In this document: piece after piece, positions 8,404 through 17,018 of the stretch
How the letters are laid out: every line of letters starts with the position of its first letter
How positions within the stretch are numbered: the stretch's first letter is position 1
Assembly (NCBI GenBank): GCA_964566535.1
Contig: CAZMIO010000003.1
Span: 89,153-153,152, forward strand
Origin: an uncultured Methanosarcinales archaeon
GTDB lineage: Archaea > Nanobdellota > Nanobdellia > Woesearchaeales > CAZOXR01
Length of the DNA stretch: 64,000 bases
Direction of reading: 5' to 3'
Position numbers and translations under genes: made by a program
Notes under the pieces: generated by a model
Databases searched by the model: none
The model's input: the letters and a program-made list of their open reading frames with translations, nothing else
Told to the model about the DNA's origin: nothing

Positions 8404-9356
8404 AAATACTAATCCCAGACAAAGTAAACGATAAAGCAACTGAAATTCTAAAAACAGCAGGATTCGAAGTCGAAAACAAACCAGGAATCTCACAAGAAGA
8501 ATTAATCCAAATCTGCGCAGATGCAGATGCAATGATAGTCCGTTCAGGAATAAAAATAACAAAGGAAGTCATCCAAGCTGCAAAAAAACTAAAACTAGTT
8601 GTCAGAGCAGGAGTGGGATATGATAACATTGACGCAAATGCAGCAGCAGAAGCAGGAGTCGTTGTTGAAAATACTCCATTTGGAAACACAAATGCAGCAG
8701 CTGAACATACATTAGTTCTATTGATGCTCTTAGCAAAACACATCATCCATGCTCACACCGAATTAAAAGGTGGAATATGGGACAGAAAAAAGTACAAAGC
8801 AACTGAACTAAAAGACAAAACATTAGGAATTATAGGATTAGGAAATGTTGGAAAGAAAGTTGCAAAAGTAGCATTAGCATTCGAGATGAACGTTCTAGTC
8901 CATGACCCATTCGTACTTGACGATGTTCTAACAGAACTCAAGGTAAAAAAAGCAGAACTTGAAGAAATCTTCAAAAACTCAGATTACATTACAGTTCACG
9001 TACCATTAACAGACAAAACAAAAGACATGATTTCAGACGAACAATTCGCTTCAATGAAAGAAGGAGTAAGAATCCTAAATGTAGCAAGAGGCGGAGTAAT
9101 CAACGAAGACGCCCTAGAAAAAGCAATTAATTCTAGAAAAGTAGCAGCAGCAGCATTAGACGTTTACGGCCAAGAACCACCAATCTGCAAATCATTGATA
9201 GCAAACGACAGAGTTATCTGCACACCACATCTAGGCGCATCAACAAAAGAAGCCCAGATTAACGTAGCAGTTGACGCAGCAAACCAGATTGTAGAAGCTT
9301 TAAAGAACAATAAGATTGTCCACTGCGTAAATAAAGTTGAGAAATTGAAGGAATAA
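8400..9356 (+). CDS. serA: D-3-phosphoglycerate dehydrogenase / 2-hydroxyacid dehydrogenase
   Basis: It has the NAD-binding motif GIIGLGNVGKKVA and the catalytic region VNVARGGVINEDAL...CTPHLGAST. It is about 318 aa. Confidence 0.8.
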   Translation: MKILIPDKVNDKATEILKTAGFEVENKPGISQEELIQICADADAMIVRSGIKITKEVIQAAKKLKLVVRAGVGYDNIDANAAAEAGVVVENTPFGNTNAAAEHTLVLLMLLAKHIIHAHTELKGGIWDRKKYKATELKDKTLGIIGLGNVGKKVAKVALAFEMNVLVHDPFVLDDVLTELKVKKAELEEIFKNSDYITVHVPLTDKTKDMISDEQFASMKEGVRILNVARGGVINEDALEKAINSRKVAAAALDVYGQEPPICKSLIANDRVICTPHLGASTKEAQINVAVDAANQIVEALKNNKIVHCVNKVEKLKE

Positions 9357-9360
9357 TCGA

Positions 9361-9672
9361 TTAAAGAAGCTTTTCAAGTGAAACACCCTTCCCCTCTTCC
9401 ACAGCATTTCTGAAGATTACACTAAACTCTTTAGACTCGGGATCTACTTCTTGACCCCAATAATAACCACCCTCCAACCTTACAACTTTTAAGATTGTAG
9501 TATAGAAAGTAGGCCAGGTATTCTCTTTCCCAGTAACGGCACAAATATCAGCAGCAACTTCCTTAGAAACAGGATGATGCATAATTTGATAAAACTTACC
9601 ATTTTTTTCCATGGAGGGTGTTGCATACCTTAACATTACCATTAAAGAAGATAACTTATCTAGATTTATCAA
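9361..9672 (-). CDS. hypothetical protein
   Basis: This 103-aa ORF fills the gap convergent to serA. No motif was recognised. Confidence 0.35.
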   Translation of the reverse strand: MINLDKLSSLMVMLRYATPSMEKNGKFYQIMHHPVSKEVAADICAVTGKENTWPTFYTTILKVVRLEGGYYWGQEVDPESKEFSVIFRNAVEEGKGVSLEKLL

Positions 9673-9732
9673 TCTTATCCTTTCTTATAATTAATAACAA
9701 TTAAATATTTAAAAGAATCTACAAAAAAAGAA

Positions 9733-11280
9733 TTGATGAACTTAGACATTAAAAAACATTGGAATATTGACCAAGAATCAATAAAGGAGCTAGAAAACCA
9801 AAGCCCTTTTTCTAAATCAAAATTCTACATAATAAATGACAAATTCTTTCTGAAGGAAGAAGAAAACAATAAAGCAAAACAAAGAGAACTCAAATTCAAT
9901 GAACTATTGTCAGACAACAACATCTTTATATTAAGAACTTCAAAAGAAGTAATAATCGAAAACAACCATATATACCAATTATTTGATTATCTTCCACAAA
10001 CATCAGAAATAACACCACAACAACTCTCAACTGAACTTTCTAAACTAAAGAAAATCAACACCCAATCAATTAAACACCTTGACAAAGAATCAATTCAATT
10101 CACTCTAAACAACCTAAAATGCAACCTCAAATGCCACTCAGAAAAATTCCCCATAATTAAAAAAACATACGATCATTTAGAAAAAAATCTATTTCCTTTC
10201 CTAAAATACTTCAACTACAATCTCTCACATGGGGACCTTCATCCAAGAAACATCCTATCAAACAAAAACCAAATCTCAATCATTGATTGGGAATTAATAA
10301 ACATCAGAGAAGAACTCTATGACTTAGCATTCTACATCGGCTGCCTAGGAATAGAAGATCCAATGAAACTAACTGACATAGAAGAACTCCTAAACACATT
10401 CACAAATTTAGCCCAACCAACAAAACTATCTGTAACCTTACTCCCAGAACTAGTCTTAGCAACAAGACTAAAGTGGCTAAACAAATGGATTCTAATAAAA
10501 ACAGATCAGAACATAATTCAAATGGAAGTTGATTTGATTGAAATGATCCTAGAAAACATAGACAAACTAAGAAACTTGTGGTTAAACAATTCAAACACCG
10601 ACTTCAAATACTCAAAAAACAACTGGGTCCTACAAGATTCAATGCTAGTAGAAGACATAAATAAAGCAAAAGAAAGATTAAGCAACATAAATATCTTCAA
10701 CCACGAACCAAATGACCTTTCTCAGTTTGCAACTGACTTAAGATTACTAGCAATTGACCACGGCTCTAAAGACAACATCATAGAAGTAATAGAAATCTTA
10801 GAACTAATAGAAGAAAAACAACTTAATCACCAAGATAACACCCCCTTACTAATAGAAAGAGCCATAGCAATGGGAAACTCCTGTTTAGACTTCTCAAAAT
10901 TCAGATTAAAGAACGCACTAGACTATACAAAACAAACAATAAAAAAAATAAAAGACCAAAACAACATCCCAGAACTAAACATCGGCTATTCATTTGTCCT
11001 AAGAAACACTTCAATAGCCTACGCAGAAATGAACCAACTAAATACAGCAATAGATAACGTTGAAGAATTAATCCAATTATCGGAAAACAACGATGACATA
11101 GAAATAAAAGGAGAACTCGGAAGAGCATTATCAAACATAATAACTACACTTCTAGAAAACAAACAAAAGCAACAAACAACCAAATACTTCAATCTCTTAG
11201 AAAAATTATACAACCAAAACAAAACATCAAGAAAAATCAACGGCGCATACCAAGTAGCAAAAGCAAATTTAGCTAAATAA
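9733..11280 (+). CDS. protein-kinase-like (aminoglycoside/choline-kinase fold) protein with a C-terminal helical-repeat domain
   Basis: HGDLHPRNIL (a catalytic-loop HGD motif) and IDWE (DFG-equivalent) are characteristic of the APH/ChoK-like kinase fold. It is 515 aa long. Confidence 0.45.
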   Translation: MMNLDIKKHWNIDQESIKELENQSPFSKSKFYIINDKFFLKEEENNKAKQRELKFNELLSDNNIFILRTSKEVIIENNHIYQLFDYLPQTSEITPQQLSTELSKLKKINTQSIKHLDKESIQFTLNNLKCNLKCHSEKFPIIKKTYDHLEKNLFPFLKYFNYNLSHGDLHPRNILSNKNQISIIDWELINIREELYDLAFYIGCLGIEDPMKLTDIEELLNTFTNLAQPTKLSVTLLPELVLATRLKWLNKWILIKTDQNIIQMEVDLIEMILENIDKLRNLWLNNSNTDFKYSKNNWVLQDSMLVEDINKAKERLSNINIFNHEPNDLSQFATDLRLLAIDHGSKDNIIEVIEILELIEEKQLNHQDNTPLLIERAIAMGNSCLDFSKFRLKNALDYTKQTIKKIKDQNNIPELNIGYSFVLRNTSIAYAEMNQLNTAIDNVEELIQLSENNDDIEIKGELGRALSNIITTLLENKQKQQTTKYFNLLEKLYNQNKTSRKINGAYQVAKANLAK

Positions 11281-11694
11281 TCACTTCTTACCAGGATCTA
11301 TCAAAAAATTACTCCCAAGAATATTCTGCCCAATCAAAATAGCATATTTCATATGAGCCCTATCTGCCAACGTAAACTCTTCCTTTATTTTCTTCCCAGC
11401 AAACTTAACCAAAGTTTCAATAACGGGCCTTAATTTATTCCCGCTTGCCGACTTAACTAACTTAGACCTTATCACAGGACCCAAGTTCAGATTAGCAGCT
11501 AAGTTAACATCAATAGAACTTTTAGTTGCACCAGTATCAATCTTAGCAACAACCTCTTTCTTATGTCCATTATTCCCAAGAACCATAACCTTCTCAGTCA
11601 AACCAATTATCTTCCTCTTATCGTAACGCATTAATCTCCCCTTTAATCGGAGGTATTTAAACCTTTCTGTGATAAATACTACCTGCCAAATCAT
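11281..11694 (-). CDS. retropepsin-like aspartic protease (COG4067 / DUF785-like)
   Basis: IDTGATKSSID carries the D-T/S-G-A aspartyl protease signature. The protein is about 137 aa. Confidence 0.5.
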   Translation of the reverse strand: MIWQVVFITERFKYLRLKGRLMRYDKRKIIGLTEKVMVLGNNGHKKEVVAKIDTGATKSSIDVNLAANLNLGPVIRSKLVKSASGNKLRPVIETLVKFAGKKIKEEFTLADRAHMKYAILIGQNILGSNFLIDPGKK

Positions 11695-11766
11695 GACCGT
11701 TAGTTTGCTACTTTTCCTTTAATCAACAAAACGTTTAAAAACACCCTCTTTCTACCATAACCTATC

Positions 11767-13530
11767 ATGACAATAATAAGAAGCCCAATTTGTACCGTAG
11801 TAGGTCATATTGACCATGGTAAATCATCCATCCTAGATAAGATTAGAGGTACTGCTATCATTGCAGGAGAAGCAGGTAAAATTACTCAAGCAATTGGAGC
11901 ATCTATTATCCCACTAAAAACAATAAGAAAACTTTGCGGAGACTTATTAGACGCACTAAAAATCAAACTTACAATTTCTGGCTTATTATTCATAGACACT
12001 CCAGGTCACGCAGCTTTCAACAACCTAAGAAAGCGTGGTGGAAACTTAGCTGACATTGCAATCATTGTAATAGACATAAACGAAGGAATAAAAGAACAAA
12101 CAATTGAATGTATAGAAATTCTAAAACAATACAAAACACCATTCATCATAGCAGCAAATAAAATTGACTTAATCCCTGGATGGAAAACTAACGACCTACC
12201 TCTACTCCAAAGCCTAGAAGCACAATCTGACACAATAAAAGGAATATTCGAAAAAAAGATGTATGAAATCGTTGGAAAACTAGCAGAATTCGAATTAAAC
12301 TCAGAAAGATTCGATAGAGTAGACGACTTCACAAAACAAATTGCAATTGTACCAACATCAGCAGAAACAGGAGAAGGAATCTCAGAACTTTTAATGGTAA
12401 TAACAGGATTAGCACAAAGATACCTAGAAGACAACCTAGAACTTCATGAACAAGGCCCTGCAAAAGGAACAGTCCTAGAAGTAAAAGAAGACAAAGGACT
12501 AGGAAAAACAATGGATGTTATTCTTTACGATGGAATCCTAAAAAAGAACGACACAATTGTAATCGGCGGATTAAACAACGCAATCTCTACAAGAATAAAA
12601 GCGTTATTAGAACCTGCACCTCTAGCAGAAATGAGGGACAAAAAAAGCAAATTCATGCCAGTAAAAGAAGCAGTAGCAGCAACTGGCGTTAAAATATCAG
12701 CTCCAGAAATTGAAGAAGTAGTAGCAGGCATGCCATTAAGATCATGCAAAAAAGAAGATATTGAAAAAGTAAAAGAAGAGCTGCAAAAAGAAGTAGAAGA
12801 AGTATTGATAGAAACAGATGACAACGGAATAATCCTCAAAGCAGATTCATTAGGGTCCTTAGAAGCATTAACAACTTTACTTAGAGGAAAAAACATCCCA
12901 ATTAGAAAAGCAACAATCGGAGAAATTACAAAAAAAGACATTGCAGAAGCAGAATCAAACTATCAAAAAGACCCATTAACATCAGTTATCTTAGGTTTTA
13001 ATGTGGAAGATGCTTCCCACTTATGTGATGATTATGTAAAAGTCATAACTCACAATGTAATCTACAAATTAATTGAAGATTTTGAAAACTGGCAGCAAGC
13101 ATCATTAAAAAACGCACAAGAACAAGAGTTAGAAGGCCTAGTAAAACCGTGCAAATTCCAAGTGATGAAAGGCTACGTATTCAGACAAAACAATCCAGCA
13201 GTAGTTGGAGTTGATATTTTGGCTGGAATGTTAAAAGTAGGAACTCCAATAATGAACGAACAAGGAGTAGAACTAACTGAAGTAAAAAGCATGCAAGTAG
13301 ACCAGGAAAATGTAGAAAAAGCAGAAAGGGGGAAACAAGCTGCAGTTTCATTGCCAGGAGTTACAGTTGGCAGACAAATAAATGAAGACATGATCTTACT
13401 TTCATCAGTACCAGAAGAACATTTCAAAAAGATGAAAGAATTAAAGAATCTTTTATCCAACGAAGAAAAAGCAATTCTAAAGGAAATAGCAAAGATAAAA
13501 AGAAAAGAAGACCCTGTTTGGGGAATATAA
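11767..13530 (+). CDS. infB: translation initiation factor aIF5B (IF2 homologue), GTPase
   Basis: G1 is VVGHIDHGKSSILDKIRG, with DTPGH and NKID motifs. The 587-aa length is typical of aIF5B. Confidence 0.9.
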   Translation: MTIIRSPICTVVGHIDHGKSSILDKIRGTAIIAGEAGKITQAIGASIIPLKTIRKLCGDLLDALKIKLTISGLLFIDTPGHAAFNNLRKRGGNLADIAIIVIDINEGIKEQTIECIEILKQYKTPFIIAANKIDLIPGWKTNDLPLLQSLEAQSDTIKGIFEKKMYEIVGKLAEFELNSERFDRVDDFTKQIAIVPTSAETGEGISELLMVITGLAQRYLEDNLELHEQGPAKGTVLEVKEDKGLGKTMDVILYDGILKKNDTIVIGGLNNAISTRIKALLEPAPLAEMRDKKSKFMPVKEAVAATGVKISAPEIEEVVAGMPLRSCKKEDIEKVKEELQKEVEEVLIETDDNGIILKADSLGSLEALTTLLRGKNIPIRKATIGEITKKDIAEAESNYQKDPLTSVILGFNVEDASHLCDDYVKVITHNVIYKLIEDFENWQQASLKNAQEQELEGLVKPCKFQVMKGYVFRQNNPAVVGVDILAGMLKVGTPIMNEQGVELTEVKSMQVDQENVEKAERGKQAAVSLPGVTVGRQINEDMILLSSVPEEHFKKMKELKNLLSNEEKAILKEIAKIKRKEDPVWGI

Positions 13531-13985
13531 TGCAAAACATAAAAATCCTCAACAAAAAAGAAATAAAACAAATCCTATCATTAGTAGAACAACAATGGGG
13601 CCCTAACATAGACTTAGATTACGTTTTCTTACAAAACACAAAAAACAAGATCTACATAGTAAACAAAGACATATCTAAACTAAATCTAGACAATCTAAGA
13701 ATAAATTCATTAGGCTTATACTTTGCAGAACTAAACCACAACCAATTAAGGTTAAGTTTCGAAGGCGCTCAAATAATAGGGCCAACCTCAAAGAAAAACG
13801 TCTTAGAGTTAGACGATAATGAACTCAAACAATGGCTAAAAGGAGAAGACCTAGACAAAGAAACTAAACTAAAAGGATACCAAATCATAAAAAACAAAGA
13901 AGATTTCTATGGTTGCGGTAAAGTCATAAACAACAAACTCCTAAATCATGTACCTAAAATAAGAAGAATTTCTGCAATAAACTAA
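13530..13985 (+). CDS. Nip7-like PUA-domain RNA-binding protein (archaeal NIP7 homologue)
   Basis: The pattern ...KIYIVNKDI...LGLYFAELNHNQLRLSFEGAQIIG...GYQII...YGCGKV parallels the Nip7 N-domain plus PUA. The ATG at 13530 overlaps the aIF5B stop, whereas the track start at 13518 is a TTG. Confidence 0.45.
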   Translation: MQNIKILNKKEIKQILSLVEQQWGPNIDLDYVFLQNTKNKIYIVNKDISKLNLDNLRINSLGLYFAELNHNQLRLSFEGAQIIGPTSKKNVLELDDNELKQWLKGEDLDKETKLKGYQIIKNKEDFYGCGKVINNKLLNHVPKIRRISAIN

Positions 13986-13986
13986 A

Positions 13987-14355
13987 TTATCTTTGACTAA
14001 ATGCTTTTCTCTCTGTCCTTACATCTCCAATAATCCTCGAAACCAAATCTCCATGTTCAGATCTAATATCGCTTCTATTTACTCTTTGCTTAAAAGCAAC
14101 ACCATAAATGTCAACTAACATCTTCTCAACATCAGTTACCCTTGCATTGTATAATGTAACAAGAGTATCTTTCCTTCTTGTTAATGGATGAAGTACACCA
14201 TCCTCGCTATTCGAACTAGTCCATCTTAATCCAGGTTTTTGCTCTTGGGCATCATAAATCACATCAAAACCACGGACTTCTCGCCCACCATCAACTTCAC
14301 AACCTACGGTATACGAACCCACATCTACCCATTCTGGCATTTCGTTTTGTTCCAT
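13987..14355 (-). CDS. hypothetical protein (non-host amino-acid composition)
   Basis: This 122-aa protein is Arg/Asp/Glu/Gly-rich with few Lys. It is co-directional with and downstream of the HD-domain ORF. Confidence 0.35.
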   Translation of the reverse strand: MEQNEMPEWVDVGSYTVGCEVDGGREVRGFDVIYDAQEQKPGLRWTSSNSEDGVLHPLTRRKDTLVTLYNARVTDVEKMLVDIYGVAFKQRVNRSDIRSEHGDLVSRIIGDVRTERKAFSQR

Positions 14356-14407
14356 TTTTGTTCATCTGTAATTATAATCTTCACTCCTTGCCTTTTCGAA
14401 TGCTTCC

Positions 14408-15685
14408 CTACCCTTTAATCATAGGAGCTTCATACCTTCCATAAGCTTCCCTAAACTTCCTTATCCCATCAAACACAACATGGCCCATAGCATAATCTTT
14501 GGCACCCCTTCTCCGATAGTGATCTTCCATCTCCTGAATCTCTCCAAAAGTTCTCACAATCAGCTCTGTTCTTAAATCAACTAATAGTTGAGGTTCATAG
14601 TGTTCTAAGAACACATCAATCCCTCTTAACACTTCAATATTCCGCTCAAACCTTTTTACTCTATCCTTAAGTTCAAGTTCATAAAGCCAATTAGTATTAT
14701 CAATAGCATCAGCAGCCTTAACAATCAATGGAGCGGCAATATACAACTCCATTTCTTCGGAATCACCCACTACATTACTAACTAATCCATAATTCTCTAC
14801 ACCTAAACACCCTTCAACCAATTCAGACATATATTCTCCATAATCTTGTCCAACTCCTTTCATATCTCTATCCTTAGTTAACAACCTTAATTGATACAAT
14901 TTTAGTTCTGCATCACTAGAATCAACAACTTCCTTTTCAAGATCATCTTCACCAACAACTACATGACTTCTTCCAAAAGTGAATATTTCTCTAACTCCTT
15001 CATATTCAGGAGGATTACGTATATCTCTAACATATTCAGCTCTCCTAACTTCATCATCAGTCCCTCCAAATAACTCTAATCTATAATCTGTTACATCTTC
15101 AATAACATCGTGCAAAAGACCCAACACTCTATGGTGTAATGGAGCACCATACGCATGAAGATTACCAGCCACCCTGGCAGGATGAACAAAACTACGTGCA
15201 TCCTTCCCAACCTCTCCACCTTTCCTTTGTTTTCCGGTCCAATTATGTCTTCTCTGCGCAAAATTAAATGTTCTAATAGTTCCCTCTCCAACCGCCCATG
15301 GAATCAATATCCTATTTGCAAAATAAAAATCATCTAATCTGCCCCTACCATACCTATCAGCAAAAACTCTCTCTACGCTAACACTATCTTCTCTCAACAA
15401 ACCTCGATCACTAACTTCAAGCCCATCAGTAGAAATTCTATTGTTCCTATAATGCCCCATATCTTCAAGTGTCCTCTGAGGTCCTCTAAGTCTATAAACC
15501 ACTTCTGTAGCAACACTTCTTCTATTAACTCTTCTTCCCGTCCTCACAATATCAAAAACTAGTCTCTGCGCATCAGATTCACTCTCCAACATCCCAGGAA
15601 GTCTACATCTCTTAATACGTTCTTCTAATTTACCGATATCATGTTCAGCCCCATTAATTGGCTCTTTGTCGTCGTCCATAGCCAT
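14408..15685 (-). CDS. HD-domain phosphohydrolase, RelA/SpoT-like (candidate (p)ppGpp hydrolase); non-host composition
   Basis: GLLHDVIEDVT matches the RelA/SpoT HD signature (LLHDVVEDT) and KAADAIDN is similar to the downstream KLADRLHN motif. It has 425 aa and very low Lys content. Confidence 0.45.
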   Translation of the reverse strand: MAMDDDKEPINGAEHDIGKLEERIKRCRLPGMLESESDAQRLVFDIVRTGRRVNRRSVATEVVYRLRGPQRTLEDMGHYRNNRISTDGLEVSDRGLLREDSVSVERVFADRYGRGRLDDFYFANRILIPWAVGEGTIRTFNFAQRRHNWTGKQRKGGEVGKDARSFVHPARVAGNLHAYGAPLHHRVLGLLHDVIEDVTDYRLELFGGTDDEVRRAEYVRDIRNPPEYEGVREIFTFGRSHVVVGEDDLEKEVVDSSDAELKLYQLRLLTKDRDMKGVGQDYGEYMSELVEGCLGVENYGLVSNVVGDSEEMELYIAAPLIVKAADAIDNTNWLYELELKDRVKRFERNIEVLRGIDVFLEHYEPQLLVDLRTELIVRTFGEIQEMEDHYRRRGAKDYAMGHVVFDGIRKFREAYGRYEAPMIKG

Positions 15686-15749
15686 AAGATAACCTTTCGC
15701 GTTTTAAATAGTTTTCCAAACAATCATTACTAAAAAGTAACTAACTACA

Positions 15750-16148
15750 TTATTGGAAACTAACCTTCATTTCAACGTTCCCTTTCAATCCATCAACAAA
15801 TCCCCTATCTAAATCTCTAGCCCCTTTATCACTTCTAATCCCTAAGGTTCTCTTAGAATTAAACTCAGATTTCCTAATAACAATCTCTTCAGAATCATCA
15901 AAGTCAGGATTAATCTGAGCACTTATCACTTCTTCCTTATTCTTCATTTTTATCGTTATTTTCAACGATTTATCATTATTTTTTATTTTATTTTCAATGA
16001 ATTTTTTTAGTAATGGCAGTTCAAAATCAGCCCTGACCCCAACTATACAATCGCCATTTAAAGTTAACTCTTTATCCTTAGTAAACTCAATAGTTGTCTT
16101 ATGATTACTTAATATATTAGAATGTCCAAATGCAGAAAATTCATACAT
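15750..16148 (-). CDS. hypothetical protein (DUF371-like?)
   Basis: The ORF was trimmed to start at MYEFSAFGHSNIL so that it does not overlap the upstream small gene. Confidence 0.35.
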   Translation of the reverse strand: MYEFSAFGHSNILSNHKTTIEFTKDKELTLNGDCIVGVRADFELPLLKKFIENKIKNNDKSLKITIKMKNKEEVISAQINPDFDDSEEIVIRKSEFNSKRTLGIRSDKGARDLDRGFVDGLKGNVEMKVSFQ

Positions 16149-16152
16149 TTTA

Positions 16153-16371
16153 CTAAACAATATCTTCAATTGGTTTCTTGCTCTTCTTCTGAGATTCCTT
16201 AGCCATTTTCTCAAGATCTACGCCCAATTCCTTCAAAGCCTTAACATGCATCTGCATTAACTGCTCTACAACCTGAAGAATCTTAGCCATTTCCTGCCTT
16301 TCTTTAGCCAAAGTACTCAAAGCACCTTTATGAAAGCCAATCTGTTCGTCTTTATTTACTTTTTTTGTCAT
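16153..16371 (-). CDS. small helical hypothetical protein
   Basis: This 72-aa protein is charged and predicted helical. It sits in tandem with the downstream gene. Confidence 0.3.
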   Translation of the reverse strand: MTKKVNKDEQIGFHKGALSTLAKERQEMAKILQVVEQLMQMHVKALKELGVDLEKMAKESQKKSKKPIEDIV

Positions 16372-16408
16372 TTTAACTTAGATTCTTTCCCCTATATTTA
16401 AAACTTCC

Positions 16409-16909
16409 TTAAGAAGACTTATGCCCCTGTTCCATATACCCTAAATGTTTAGGTGGCCTTAATTGTTCTTCTGTAGGTTCAATACCAATCATCTTACAAA
16501 CGTCAATAAATACTTCCCGTTGTTGAACATACCCCGTTAACATACTCAAAGCCTCATCGTAAGAAACCCATTGATAGTCACTATGCTCACCTTCAGCTGT
16601 TGCTATATCTACTTGAGAACCAACAGGCGCACGTACTGCATAAGTTACTAAGTCAATATGTATCGGATTACCACTTTTTTCAGTATCAAATCCAATGTAG
16701 TGTCTCGTATCTTCAATAATCTCTAGATGCCTCAATCCTTGAGCTTCTTCTCTAGTCTCTCTTATCGCTGCCTCAATATCACTCTCCCCTTCTTCTATAC
16801 CTCCACCAGGACTCTCCCAAAATCCTTTCCTAGCTCTAAGTAATAAGAATCTATAATCTCCATTATTTTCATCGTATACTATTGCCCTTACATTATTTCT
16901 TGTTTTCAT
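16409..16909 (-). CDS. Nudix hydrolase
   Basis: The Nudix box GGGIEEGESDIEAAIRETREEAQG matches GX5EX7REUXEEXGU. Confidence 0.75.
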   Translation of the reverse strand: MKTRNNVRAIVYDENNGDYRFLLLRARKGFWESPGGGIEEGESDIEAAIRETREEAQGLRHLEIIEDTRHYIGFDTEKSGNPIHIDLVTYAVRAPVGSQVDIATAEGEHSDYQWVSYDEALSMLTGYVQQREVFIDVCKMIGIEPTEEQLRPPKHLGYMEQGHKSS

Positions 16910-17018
16910 ACGCTAAAGGACCCATAGGCATTATATAAATCTTATGGTAGTAACAACACCAAAAACTCATTCAACAATCTTTATAAATCAAACTACAACC
17001 CATTTCATAAGGGGTAGT

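Noticed and set aside
8371-8974. Minus-strand ORFs antisense to serA and to the 3' end of the aminotransferase gene.
   Set aside because: They overlap genes with clear catalytic motifs and are likely spurious.
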